A DNA stretch of 64,000 bases from an uncultured Prochlorococcus sp. (GCA_902571145.1 CACGAP010000005.1:3306-67305), one strand, 5' to 3'; numbered from the stretch's first letter, positions 52,701 to 62,677 are shown. Numbers and translations are program-made. The notes: a model not told the origin generated them from the sequence alone.

Positions 52701-53339
52701 ATGAGCGAACTTCAGCGACTTAAAAATTTGTTGCCTCCGGAGAATGAAAGTTGGGTATTTGTTGAAGCTGCTGCGGCTATAGACCCACCTTTAATAACAC
52801 TTGAGGAAATCGGTCGTGACGAAGTAGAAATTCAAATAGATTTAGAGGAATGGGATAACTTTGCTATTGACCATAGAAATTTATTATTTTGGCACGAGGT
52901 GGGAAAAATTCAAAATGACACAATTCCCAGAGATGGATGGGAAATGGCTGCTCTTGCAATAGGTCTTGGAGGGGCTATAGGAGAGTTATGGGTCCAAGAT
53001 GGTTTACTTTTATTACTTGCTCTTGGTTTATCAAGTTTTGCAGGCTATAGATTATATTTAAAAAATAATTCAGAAAAAAAACTTCAAGATGCTATTTATG
53101 CAGATGAAAGAGCTATAGATCTTGCTTGTAGATTTGGATACAGCATTCCAAATGCTTATAAAAGTCTTGGAGGAGCATTAAAGGAGTTAATAGATAAGAC
53201 ACGAAAAAAGAAAAAAAGAAGTTTCTTTGAAGACAGATTAGATGCCTTAAGAAGAAGTGCAGAAAAAGCAAGATCAGAATTATCTCAGCAAGAAGGTTCA
53301 GAAAAATCAGTCTCAAGCGAAAATGTTTATGGACAATAA
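52701..53339 (+). CDS. DUF3318 family protein
   Basis: ELQRL..LLP, RNLLFWHEV, AIGLGG..GELWVQD, ADE.A. Confidence 0.8.
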   Translation: MSELQRLKNLLPPENESWVFVEAAAAIDPPLITLEEIGRDEVEIQIDLEEWDNFAIDHRNLLFWHEVGKIQNDTIPRDGWEMAALAIGLGGAIGELWVQDGLLLLLALGLSSFAGYRLYLKNNSEKKLQDAIYADERAIDLACRFGYSIPNAYKSLGGALKELIDKTRKKKKRSFFEDRLDALRRSAEKARSELSQQEGSEKSVSSENVYGQ

Positions 53340-53673
53340 AGATTTGGTTTTAATGGCAGCTAAAGCATGTGATGAAAAAAAGGCAAAAGATATAAAACTT
53401 ATAAAAATTGACAAAGTATCTTTTATAAGCGAATGGATTTTAATCGCAGAGGGATTATCTGATGTACAAGTTAGATCTATAACAAACTCTGTAGAGGGAG
53501 AACTTAGAGAGAAGGCTAAAATTGAACCGATACGAAAAGAAGGGGTTAACGAAGCGAAATGGGCTTTACTCGATTATGGCGATTTGATAGTAAATATTTT
53601 TCAACCAGAAATAAGAAAATATTATGATCTTGAATCGTTTTGGAGTAATGGGGATAATCTTATATTTCCATAG
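53329..53673 (+). CDS. rsfS: Ribosome silencing factor RsfS (Iojap)
   Basis: DEKKAKDI, W.LLDYGD.IV.IF....R.YYDLE.FW; start at ATG 53329 (or 53323). Confidence 0.92.
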   Translation: MDNKDLVLMAAKACDEKKAKDIKLIKIDKVSFISEWILIAEGLSDVQVRSITNSVEGELREKAKIEPIRKEGVNEAKWALLDYGDLIVNIFQPEIRKYYDLESFWSNGDNLIFP

Positions 53674-53681
53674 TATATTTT

Positions 53682-54176
53682 ATGAACGAATCTAAGTGTC
53701 CTGTACCTAGAGAGCAACAACCAACAAATGAATTCATAGAATTATCAAAATCTAAAGTTTTTTCTTGGCCAAAAACAAAAAAGTCACTAATTCTTATTTT
53801 GGTTAAATTCTGGGTAGGAGCTTTTGTTATATTTCTTGTCATTTCTTCGGGAAGTGTATATTTTAAAACATCCCCTTTAAAATATATTTTATTAAGCTTT
53901 TTTAGCAGCTTATCAATACCTCTTTTAATTTCATTGAGGTTATATTTAGGTTGGAACCATATATTTAAAAGATTAATATCTGAAAAAGTTGAGTATGAGG
54001 AATCAGGTTGGTATGACGGTCAAGTATGGGAAAAGCCATTAGTTTTGAAAGAAAAAGAATCACTTATTGCCTCAATTGAGGTAAAGCCCATTTTAAAAAA
54101 TTTAATTCAAATTTTTTCTTTTATCTCAGTCCTAGCTTTGTCTGGTATCTTAATTTTTCAATATAATAATTTTTAA
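53682..54176 (+). CDS. CGLD27/Ycf36 (DUF1230) membrane protein
   Basis: CPVP.EQQP.NEF..L, RLYLGW, YEESGWYDGQ.W.KP. Confidence 0.9.
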   Translation: MNESKCPVPREQQPTNEFIELSKSKVFSWPKTKKSLILILVKFWVGAFVIFLVISSGSVYFKTSPLKYILLSFFSSLSIPLLISLRLYLGWNHIFKRLISEKVEYEESGWYDGQVWEKPLVLKEKESLIASIEVKPILKNLIQIFSFISVLALSGILIFQYNNF

Positions 54177-55142
54177 ATGAGTTCTAATTTCAAAAACCTC
54201 TACACCTCTAACAATCCTCCCTTACAAGCAACCCTAATAAGAGGATCAAATATTGAGTCGATCCACAAAATTCATGCAGTTATCACTGATAAAAAAGGGA
54301 GGGTTTTAATGTGTGCAGGAAATCCAGAATACAAAAGTTTCATAAGGTCAGCACTAAAACCTTTTCAAGCCATACCTTTTGTTAGCAGTGGAGCTGCATC
54401 AAAAATCAATAATGAATCAAAATCAATTGCTTTAGCATGCGGGTCACATAGTGGATCAAAAATTCATACAAGGGAAGCATTTAAAATTTTATGGGAATAT
54501 GACATTGACATTAAAAATCTAAAATGTCCAAAATCTAAGACAAGTGCATTAGAACATAATTGTTCTGGTAAACATGCTGCTTTTTTAGCTACATGCAAAA
54601 AAATGAATTGGCCATTAGATAGTTACTTAAAGGGGGATCATCCTCTTCAAATAGAAATATTCAGAATTGTATCTGAATTACTTGAAATCCCGTCATCTGA
54701 AATAATTGCAGAACGTGATGATTGTGGTGCACCCACTCTTTATTTAAAACTATTAGAAATGTCGAGGTTATATTCACTTTTGAGCAGTTCCGAAAATCCT
54801 GAATTAGAACAAATAAGTAGAGCTATGACAATAAACCCAACAATGATAAGTGATAATAATAAATTTGATACAGAAATAATTAAAGCTTCTCATGGGAACG
54901 TTATAGGTAAAGGTGGAGCCGAGGGAATACAGTGTCTATGTAAAGTAAATGAAGGGATAGGTTTAGCTTTAAAAGTAGAAGACGGTTCAAAAAGAGCAAA
55001 GCATGCTGTTAGTCTTCACTTACTAAAACAGTTAGAGTGGATATCTGACTTAAGAATTCAAGACATCGAAGATAAGGTGTTTAATTTCTCTGAAGGAGTA
55101 CGACTTGAAGTTAAAGGTAAAGTAAAATTCCAAGAATCCTAA
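54177..55142 (+). CDS. Asparaginase_II-family protein
   Basis: RS.LKPFQA, ACGSHSG, HNCSGKHA, D.CGAP, KGGAEG, KVEDG. Confidence 0.9.
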   Translation: MSSNFKNLYTSNNPPLQATLIRGSNIESIHKIHAVITDKKGRVLMCAGNPEYKSFIRSALKPFQAIPFVSSGAASKINNESKSIALACGSHSGSKIHTREAFKILWEYDIDIKNLKCPKSKTSALEHNCSGKHAAFLATCKKMNWPLDSYLKGDHPLQIEIFRIVSELLEIPSSEIIAERDDCGAPTLYLKLLEMSRLYSLLSSSENPELEQISRAMTINPTMISDNNKFDTEIIKASHGNVIGKGGAEGIQCLCKVNEGIGLALKVEDGSKRAKHAVSLHLLKQLEWISDLRIQDIEDKVFNFSEGVRLEVKGKVKFQES

Positions 55143-55188
55143 AAAAACAGAAAAAATTAACCCTTTCAGATGTATGCTATGTATATGA

Positions 55189-55265
<77 letters not shown>

Positions 55266-55268
55266 TTT

Positions 55269-55294
55269 AAAAGCAGCTTTATAGCTGCTTTTTT
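55269..55294 (+). terminator. Intrinsic terminator after tRNA-fMet
   Basis: AAAAGCAGCT-TTAT-AGCTGCTTTTTT. Confidence 0.85.
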
Positions 55295-55625
55295 AGTTGT
55301 TGCAATATTTTAGAAATTATAAAAATAAAGACTATAACGTCTTCACTAACAAGAGTTTATAATAAATTATTTGAGATCTTTTTGAATAGAAAATTTTAAG
55401 TCAACTCTAACTATTAGGCCAGTAATGATAAAAAGTATTCCGATGTATGTATTCAAAGATAGGTCCAAGTTATTAAATTAATTTTATAACTAAATTTTAA
55501 CTCACAAATCATATCTATTAAATACGCCAATAAAAAAAATTTAAAATAATCTGAATTTTGAACATTTACATCTTTAATAGGTAATTTAATAGGGTAAAGT
55601 AAAATTTTATATTTAGAAAAATTAT

Positions 55626-55772
55626 ATGCAGAATTTGCTACAGCGTGATTTAGGTTCAAGCATGTTATCAATAGCTGTCATATTGGGTTGGTTAGGTTTG
55701 TTTTTTATTTTTTTGAGAGTATTAACAATTTCAATAAAGAGAATACTTGAAGCTGTTTTCAAAAAATCGTAA
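55626..55772 (+). CDS. Single-TM microprotein, 48 aa (not in ORF track)
   Basis: MQNLLQRDLGSSMLSIAVILGWLGLFFIFLRVLTISIKRILEAVFKKS*; more protein-like than the overlapping minus-strand ORFs. Confidence 0.6.
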   Translation: MQNLLQRDLGSSMLSIAVILGWLGLFFIFLRVLTISIKRILEAVFKKS

Positions 55773-55842
55773 TTATTGGAACATATCAATAATTCTGAAT
55801 TAATCGCATTAATCAACTATCACTAAGTATAATAACCTAAAA

Positions 55843-56232
55843 ATGTCAATTTTAGATAAGGTTAAGATAGGTAATTCAGTTCAAGTTAACCTAGAACTAT
55901 CGAGGGATAGACTTACCAAAGAAACTATTGACGCGATAAATGTTTCTTCATTAGGTAAGATAAGTGATTTCAGAATAACTGATGGCAAAGGTATTGGAGT
56001 TGTCTTGCAATTATCTAATGGAAAAGAGCAATGGTTTTTTGAGGATGAAATTGATCTTATCGACGAAAATGGTAATATAATTAAAAAAAATAATGATAAA
56101 AAAGAGAATAGTAATTTTATATTTGATTTTTTAAGAGAATTAAATTATGAGAATAAAAATAAAGTAAGCGAGTTACTTAATCCAATTAACTTTTTTATCT
56201 GGCTGATTGTATCGTTTAAAGATATTTTTTAA
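55843..56232 (+). CDS. petP: PetP/DUF2862-family cytochrome b6f-associated protein with C-terminal extension
   Basis: IG..V.V....DRL...G.I.DFR.TDG.GIGV.L.L.NG...WFF.DEI. Confidence 0.75.
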   Translation: MSILDKVKIGNSVQVNLELSRDRLTKETIDAINVSSLGKISDFRITDGKGIGVVLQLSNGKEQWFFEDEIDLIDENGNIIKKNNDKKENSNFIFDFLRELNYENKNKVSELLNPINFFIWLIVSFKDIF

Positions 56233-56309
56233 TTGATTAAAAAATTTTCTAAAATAAAAATAATTTAAAAATTTATTTAAATATAAAATTTCAGTAATTA
56301 AAAATTGAA

Positions 56310-57305
56310 ATGGTACAAAATATTATCGAAGTAAGAAATTTATCTAAGTCATTTGATATCTCTTCCAAAGAACCAGGCTTAAAAGGAACAATTAAACATT
56401 TTTTTAGAAGACAAACAAAAAGTTTAAAAGTTATAAAAGATATAAGTTTTGAAATCAAAGAAGGAGAAATTGTAGGTTTTCTAGGTGCTAATGGAGCTGG
56501 GAAAACAACAATATTAAAAATGCTTTGTGGACTAATTTATCCAAGTGAAGGTTCGATTATGGTTTCAGGCCACTTACCTTTCAGGAGAAAAGAGAATTTC
56601 CTAAAGAATATCACCTTAATAATGGGACAAAAGCAACAGCTTATTTGGGATCTTCCGCCAATTGAATCATTCTATTTGAATGCATCAATATATGACTTAG
56701 ATAAGTTCGAAGCTAATAAGAGGATAAAAAAACTATCGGAAATGCTAGAAATTGATGAAGAGCTATTCATACCTGTTAGAAAACTTTCACTAGGCCAGAG
56801 AATGAAATCAGAATTACTAGCAGCTTTGATACATGAACCAAATATTCTATTTTTAGACGAGCCGACACTTGGATTAGATATTAATGCACAAAGAAATTTA
56901 AGAAAATTTCTTCAAAAATATAATAAGGAAACTAATGCAACGATATGCCTAACCAGTCATTACATGAAAGATATTACATCGCTATGTAAGAGAGTTATAT
57001 GCGTGCACGAAGGAGCGATATCATATGATGGAAAACTTGACCTATTATTAAAAAAACTTTCTCCTGTTAAAGAAATATTAATAGTTTGTCGCTCAGAAGA
57101 GGATGCAATTAAATTACACAATTCCGGATTTACTGTTAAAAATAAAATAAAGAATGAAATCACTTTAAAAGTTGAAAACAATTCTATTACCTCTTCACTA
57201 AAAACGATCCTAAATAATTTTGAAATTGAAGACCTTTTTATAAATGAACCACCAATAGATGAAGTTATTGGGAAGGTATTAATCAAGAAAGATTATGATA
57301 TTTAA
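56310..57305 (+). CDS. ABC transporter ATP-binding protein
   Basis: GANGAGKTT, LSLGQRM, FLDEPTLGLD. Confidence 0.93.
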   Translation: MVQNIIEVRNLSKSFDISSKEPGLKGTIKHFFRRQTKSLKVIKDISFEIKEGEIVGFLGANGAGKTTILKMLCGLIYPSEGSIMVSGHLPFRRKENFLKNITLIMGQKQQLIWDLPPIESFYLNASIYDLDKFEANKRIKKLSEMLEIDEELFIPVRKLSLGQRMKSELLAALIHEPNILFLDEPTLGLDINAQRNLRKFLQKYNKETNATICLTSHYMKDITSLCKRVICVHEGAISYDGKLDLLLKKLSPVKEILIVCRSEEDAIKLHNSGFTVKNKIKNEITLKVENNSITSSLKTILNNFEIEDLFINEPPIDEVIGKVLIKKDYDI

Positions 57306-58089
57306 TTTGATTAACCGTAAAATATTCACCTTATTAAAAGTCCAATATTCAAACATGATGGAATATAGGGTAGAAATTGCATTATGGGCAATTTCAGGGA
57401 TTATTCCTTTTTTCATGTTAAATATTTGGACAAATAATAATCTAAATGAATCCATAAACATTAGTGAGGTAATGCTTTCTAGGTATTTCTTATGTGCTTT
57501 TTTTGTAAGACAGTTTTCTGTAGTTTGGGTTGTATTTAGTTTTGAAGAGGATTCTCTTATGGGGAAAGTATCTCCGTATTTAATCCAACCTTTAAATCCT
57601 TTTTTCAGATATTTTGCACAACATCTTGCTGAACAAATAACGAGATTTCCTTTCGCACTAATAATCGCATTTTTCTTTTTTATTTTTAATCCAGAAAGTA
57701 TATGGATACCAAATTTAGGTATTTTACTCTTATCGATAGTATCTACTTTCTTATCCTTCTTGATTCAATTTTTAATCCAGTCAATAGTTGCATGTCTTTG
57801 TTTTTGGACAGAGAAAGCATCATCGATAGAAAGATTGTTATTTATTCCAACTTTATTTCTCTCGGGTCTTTTAGCTCCAGTAGTTTCATTTCCCTCATAT
57901 GTTAAATCTTGGATTTATTGGACTCCTTTTCCATATCTAATTGATTTCCCTGCGAATTTACTGTCTGGTAATGAAACAAATATTAGCGGAGGCTTAAGTA
58001 TGCAAATTCTATGGATTTTTTTACTTTTCCCATTATTTAAGAAAATCTGGTCTGAAGGAACGAAAAAATATACAGCAATGGGGTCATGA
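57295..58089 (+). CDS. ABC-2-type permease (DUF990-like)
   Basis: About 6 TM, EYR, LSGL..P...FP, PFPY; overlaps the ATPase gene. Confidence 0.85.
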   Translation: MIFNLINRKIFTLLKVQYSNMMEYRVEIALWAISGIIPFFMLNIWTNNNLNESINISEVMLSRYFLCAFFVRQFSVVWVVFSFEEDSLMGKVSPYLIQPLNPFFRYFAQHLAEQITRFPFALIIAFFFFIFNPESIWIPNLGILLLSIVSTFLSFLIQFLIQSIVACLCFWTEKASSIERLLFIPTLFLSGLLAPVVSFPSYVKSWIYWTPFPYLIDFPANLLSGNETNISGGLSMQILWIFLLFPLFKKIWSEGTKKYTAMGS

Positions 58090-58880
58090 ATTTAAGAAAA
58101 TATCTAAAAGTTTATAAAAAATTCTTACATACGTCTTTAGCTTCTGAATTGGAGTATAAGACAAATATATTAGTTGATTTAATTACTGCAATTTTAAGTT
58201 TAATAGGGAGCATTTTTCTATTATCTATTTTCTTTCAAAATAATGGATATATTGGAGGCTGGAAGTTTGAACAGGCACTCATAATACAAGGCATTTATAC
58301 AATTTTGAATGGAATAACAAATACATGGTTTAATCCAAATCTTACAGAAATAGTTAAACATATAAGAGAAGGAACATTAGACTTCATACTTTTAAAACCT
58401 ATTGATAGTCAATTTTTTATTTCATTAAAAAAAATAAATCCATCTGGATTTTTAGAAATATTGCTTGGATTTTTCTTATTACTCTTCTGTATAAGAATAA
58501 ATCAAATAAGTTTAAGTTTAAGTTTTCTGACCCTATCCTTGATTACGATAAGTTGCTCGATTTTTATTTTATATAGCCTATGGTTTTTTATCTCTACTAC
58601 TACTATTTGGTTTGTTAAGACTTGGAATGCAATAGAAGTATTAAGATCATTTCTTTATATTGGACGATTTCCTCTAAATTCATTTTCATTTTCTTTAAGA
58701 GTTTTTTTTAGTATTTTCATTCCTATTGCTTTTATAACTACAATTCCTTCTGAAGTTTTTTTAGGACTTTCTCAATTGTGGAAAATATTGCTTGAAGTTA
58801 TTGTTGCTTCAGTATTTCTCATAACTTCAAGAAAGTTCTGGTTATTTGCATTAAAGTTCTATTCATCAGCATCTAGCTAA
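58086..58880 (+). CDS. ABC-2-type permease (DUF990-like)
   Basis: IGGW, IREGTLDF.LLKP.DSQF, Y.SASS C-terminus. Confidence 0.87.
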   Translation: MNLRKYLKVYKKFLHTSLASELEYKTNILVDLITAILSLIGSIFLLSIFFQNNGYIGGWKFEQALIIQGIYTILNGITNTWFNPNLTEIVKHIREGTLDFILLKPIDSQFFISLKKINPSGFLEILLGFFLLLFCIRINQISLSLSFLTLSLITISCSIFILYSLWFFISTTTIWFVKTWNAIEVLRSFLYIGRFPLNSFSFSLRVFFSIFIPIAFITTIPSEVFLGLSQLWKILLEVIVASVFLITSRKFWLFALKFYSSASS

Positions 58881-58883
58881 CAA

Positions 58884-59150
58884 TTATTTAATAACCTCCC
58901 TGCAAAATTCCCAAATTTGTTGTTTACTTTTCAAATTAGAAAGCCTAGATAATTTCTTAAAATGAGGTTTAGATTTTTCAACAGATAAAAGCCTACAGTT
59001 GTATTCGATATTATGATTTCTAGATAAGATTCCTAATTTGAGTGCAACATCACAAAGAATTATTATTAAAGTGAGAAAAAAAACTATACTGAAAAATTGT
59101 GAAATTGATTTTGAATAATTTTCATTTTCAGTTTTTAATTCAAACTTCAT
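58884..59150 (-). CDS. Hypothetical single-TM protein
   Basis: ORF; 1-bp overlap with the upstream gene. Confidence 0.7.
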   Translation of the reverse strand: MKFELKTENENYSKSISQFFSIVFFLTLIIILCDVALKLGILSRNHNIEYNCRLLSVEKSKPHFKKLSRLSNLKSKQQIWEFCREVIK

Positions 59151-59377
59151 TACTTAACTATATGCTGGGGGCACTTAATTGCAGCAATAGCAACAGCCGT
59201 AACTTTGAAATTATCTGACTTCTCAATAACCTTTTTAACTTCTAATGGTCCAAATTTATTACTTGCATCACTGTAGGAAAGAAGTAAAGATTTATAGTTA
59301 TCATGACCTAGATTTCTATACTCACAGAAATTATCCCCAACATAATTTAATAGAGTTAGTAAAGTTAATTCAATCAT
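59150..59377 (-). CDS. Hypothetical protein, 75 aa (FC..R..G / ..CP motif)
   Basis: ORF with hydrophobic N-terminus and two Cys. Confidence 0.7.
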   Translation of the reverse strand: MIELTLLTLLNYVGDNFCEYRNLGHDNYKSLLLSYSDASNKFGPLEVKKVIEKSDNFKVTAVAIAAIKCPQHIVK

Positions 59378-59548
59378 TAAAGGATTTACTAGAAAGTTCT
59401 TACGAATGATACTGTGCAGGACATTTTTAACAAGTAAAATTACCCAAAAACATTTGAAATCATAAAATAGAAATTTTACTCATAAACTTTAAAATTACAA
59501 ATTTATTTCACAATTTTCAAATTTATATTTAAGAAAATCGTTAAAGCA

Positions 59549-59592
59549 CTATCTGTAGTGTCACTAACTCATAATAATTGCGCTACAGATAG
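59549..59592. promoter_or_regulatory. Inverted repeat CTATCTGTAGTG-N20-CGCTACAGATAG
   Basis: 11/12 complementary arms, just upstream of a TTGCAT -35-like hexamer. Confidence 0.5.
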
Positions 59593-59629
59593 GGGGTTGC
59601 ATTTTTTAAGAAATTGGTTTAAAAATAAG

Positions 59630-59672
59630 ATTCCCCATCACCCGGCCCCACATATGTGAGGCCTTTTTTTTT
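59630..59672 (+). ncRNA. Candidate very short sRNA ending in an orphan terminator
   Basis: TTGCAT(59597)-N17-TAAAAA(T), C-rich ATTCCCCATCACCC, hairpin GGCCCCAC-ATAT-GTGAGGCC plus T9; no + strand gene upstream. Confidence 0.5.
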
Positions 59673-59823
59673 GTTTTTAAAATAAGGTCTCTTTAAAAGT
59701 TTAATTTAGGAAAAAGAGTATTAATCCCTTAATAAGGAATAAAGATAATAATTAATTAATTTTTTAATTTATAATCATGCTTCAGAATTTTTTACAAAAA
59801 TGTCCAGCTATCCTGAAATAATT

Positions 59824-60636
59824 TTATAAAAAGCTTTTTATTGATTTAATCAATAAGCTAATACCCACCAAAATACAAACTGATATAAAAGTCTTCTTAA
59901 TAAGTATATTCCCATTTAATTTTGACAGGTGAGCACCGAAAAATCCTCCTGTAAAGGAACCAAATATTAAAACTAGCAATAAATTAAATGGAACAGATCC
60001 TATTCTTGCCAAAAATACTGCTCCAGCAAAATTCCAAAAAATCCCAACAGTAAAAAATGTCATACTTACGGCTCGAAGAAAATCCATTTCAAAAGTTTTT
60101 ATTAATAGTATTGTTACAAGCAATCCAGTTCCTGAAGAAATAGAACCATTTAATATACCTATAAGAAAAATAAAAATTAAAAATCTAATTTTATGAACAA
60201 AATTAAGCTTTTTATTACCAGATGACAAACCTAAATCTGGTTTAAGGAATGAGTAAAAAGCTAATAATATGGAAATTATTCCTAACATTAAGTACAAGTA
60301 CTTTTCTGATATATATTCAACTAGAGAAGCTCCCAAAATCACTCCTGGTAATCCAAAAATTAAAATTTGCCAAGCAACACTCATATCATTACCTAAAGAT
60401 TTGTAATTTCTTAAGGACCCCCCCATTCCTAGTGCTACTGTTGCTAATTTATGACTAGCCAGCGCCTGATAATAAGGAACTCCAGATAAAATCAATGCTG
60501 GCAATTGTAATAAACCTGCTCCTCCTCCAGAAATAGCTGAGAACGTATTAGAAAAAAACGATATTAAAAATATATAAATACTCTTAAATAAAGAATGATC
60601 AAAATTTCCTAATAATATTGTAAACAAATAAAGCAT
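59824..60636 (-). CDS. TauE/SafE (sulfite exporter) family membrane protein
   Basis: SGGGAGL..LP.L, A.A..K, G...SG.G repeat, about 8 TM. Confidence 0.85.
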   Translation of the reverse strand: MLYLFTILLGNFDHSLFKSIYIFLISFFSNTFSAISGGGAGLLQLPALILSGVPYYQALASHKLATVALGMGGSLRNYKSLGNDMSVAWQILIFGLPGVILGASLVEYISEKYLYLMLGIISILLAFYSFLKPDLGLSSGNKKLNFVHKIRFLIFIFLIGILNGSISSGTGLLVTILLIKTFEMDFLRAVSMTFFTVGIFWNFAGAVFLARIGSVPFNLLLVLIFGSFTGGFFGAHLSKLNGNILIKKTFISVCILVGISLLIKSIKSFL

Positions 60637-60772
60637 TAACTATAAATTGCCCTTTTTATTAATAAGTGAAAATTATTCTTTTCATAAGAAACTTTTGCTT
60701 TAAGAAGTCTTATCTTCTTCAATCATACTTTAAAAAAAACTGTTATTATCATAAAAAATTATCAAGAATTTT

Positions 60773-61114
60773 ATGCATAAACAAGATGCAATTTACCTTG
60801 ATCAGTTTTGTCCCAAAATAAGTAATAAAAATTGGAGAGAGTCACTTAATAAACTTACTAATTATAAATGTATTTATTGCGGTAAACCCTCAGAATCACT
60901 TGACCACCTTCACCCAATTTCAAAAGGGGGGATTAGCAGTACAAGTAATTGCGTACCATGTTGTTTGTCATGTAATGGGAAGAAATCAGATTCAGAAGTT
61001 CTTAGTTGGTACAGAAAACAAAAATTTTATGATCCTCGAAGAGCTATGGCGATCCGAGCATGGTTTAATGATGATTTAAAACTAGCGTCAGTTCTTTTGA
61101 AATACTTAAATTAA
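60773..61114 (+). CDS. HNH endonuclease-like protein
   Basis: CIYCG.....LDHLHP.SKGG.....NCVPCC..CN..K. Confidence 0.88.
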   Translation: MHKQDAIYLDQFCPKISNKNWRESLNKLTNYKCIYCGKPSESLDHLHPISKGGISSTSNCVPCCLSCNGKKSDSEVLSWYRKQKFYDPRRAMAIRAWFNDDLKLASVLLKYLN

Positions 61115-61202
61115 ACAATGAATGATAAATTGATTGAGATTCGAAGAAATATTTTTGTATATACTTGAATGTGATCCTTCATTTCAGTAAGTTATGTTTT
61201 TA

Positions 61203-61397
61203 TTAAATTATTTTTAGTCTTTCTGAATTTATATTATTGCTCTTAAATATCGAGATATTAGAATAATCATCTTTCCACATTATTGGTGAATCTATAACTT
61301 TTCTCTCTGGAGACTTTACTGAAAAAATCAATCCAAATACAAAAAGAATAGTAATCAATATTATTGTCAATACTAATTTATCTGAAATATTATTCAT
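61203..61397 (-). CDS. Hypothetical single-TM protein
   Basis: ATG ORF, N-terminal TM. Confidence 0.6.
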   Translation of the reverse strand: MNNISDKLVLTIILITILFVFGLIFSVKSPERKVIDSPIMWKDDYSNISIFKSNNINSERLKII

Positions 61398-61406
61398 TAA
61401 CCTAAT

Positions 61407-61808
61407 CTATCTTGAAAAATTTTTGTCAGGAGTAGTTTTTTCGTAAATTTCTAGAAAATATAATTTAAAATAATTAACTCCCTCATTTCCAATCAATCCA
61501 ATTGACCGTCCGCAATCATTTACTACTTGTGATGAAATTTGATTTGCTAAGTCACTTTTCTCAATCCATTTTTTTTGAGGATTGTAAGAGAAAGATATAA
61601 TGTTTTCAGTTTTTACAATAGCTGATTTCATTGCTTCATCTTTAGAAAGACCATTTTGGATAGCATTGCAATATTTCTTAGAGAAATTATTAGAGATCCT
61701 ATTTTGTAGCAAACTAACACTAGGATCGGACTTATCAAAAGCTAAACCTATTGCAGGTTTTAATTGAAAAATTATAAATAAAAGTAAGACAAAAAATAAT
61801 TTTAACAA
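61407..61808 (-). CDS. Hypothetical exported protein
   Basis: Signal peptide-like N-terminus, two Cys. Confidence 0.7.
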   Translation of the reverse strand: MLKLFFVLLLFIIFQLKPAIGLAFDKSDPSVSLLQNRISNNFSKKYCNAIQNGLSKDEAMKSAIVKTENIISFSYNPQKKWIEKSDLANQISSQVVNDCGRSIGLIGNEGVNYFKLYFLEIYEKTTPDKNFSR

Positions 61809-61960
61809 CTGCTATTAGTCAAGAGTTTATAAGTAATATAATAGTATTTTAAGATTGTCTTTTCAATTAAATCTGATAATTATTAAAAGCGAATTAAATT
61901 TCAATTTATTAATAATTAAAAGTATTGCGATAAGTTCAGTAATAATAGTCAGAGGTTTAT

Positions 61961-62194
61961 TTGACTACAAATATGTACGAATCATTGATGACATTGCTAT
62001 TTTTTCCTGATTGGACAAATGGATTACCTTCAGATTTCTTAATTCTTCATTTTTTTGTAGGAGCTGTGATTTTTCCATTCAACATGATTCATGCTAAAGC
62101 AAGGAAAATTGACAGTCAAAACCCACAGGAAGCCTCTAATGGGTATAAAAATTCAGATAATGCAACATTTTTTGGATACGAGGAAATCAATTAA
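61961..62194 (+). CDS. Hypothetical membrane protein
   Basis: ORF with one hydrophobic segment. Confidence 0.55.
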   Translation: MTTNMYESLMTLLFFPDWTNGLPSDFLILHFFVGAVIFPFNMIHAKARKIDSQNPQEASNGYKNSDNATFFGYEEIN

Positions 62195-62227
62195 ATTTCC
62201 ATAAAATTTATTTAAGGAATTAGTTTA

Positions 62228-62455
62228 TTGATGATAATTTCCCTAAATACAGCTTTAGATCTTAAAATTTTCAGTCCCAGTGAACCTATAGGAATACTCA
62301 TAATTTTTATAGGATTAATATTTACTGGTATGATTTTCTATATTATTTATGCTGTAAGTACTAACAAAGAATCCTTAGAAGACAAAAAAATAAGAACTAA
62401 AAAGGAGTACTTGCAAAAGGAGAAAATAGGAAAATTATTTCCTAAGAAAAAATAA
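62228..62455 (+). CDS. Hypothetical single-TM protein
   Basis: TM followed by a basic tail. Confidence 0.65.
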   Translation: MMIISLNTALDLKIFSPSEPIGILIIFIGLIFTGMIFYIIYAVSTNKESLEDKKIRTKKEYLQKEKIGKLFPKKK

Positions 62456-62677
62456 ATTTAATTGCTTTATTACTATAAAGATATTTATTTATATTATTAA
62501 TTATTAAATCAGTAGGATCTAAAAACATTAGCTTTAGTTCTCTTAAATCAAACATTTTGTAAAATCTAACTATAACAAAAAACTTTTTTTATGAGGACTT
62601 CATATTGTTAATTGCACAGCTAAATTATTTTCATATCAAGCAAAAAATGTTACAAATGGAAAAAATAAATTGAAATC

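Noticed and set aside
53257-53328. Long N-terminal extensions in the ORF track for rsfS (also rpmG 7759, clpS 13905, PRTase 63398)
   Set aside because: Family similarity begins at downstream ATGs; extensions overlap neighbouring genes or look non-coding
55367-55816. Minus-strand ORFs 55453-55671 and 55622-55816, and a 33-aa TTG frame at 55367-55468
   Set aside because: No motifs; the + strand 48-aa TM ORF is more plausible; the 33-aa frame is too short to support
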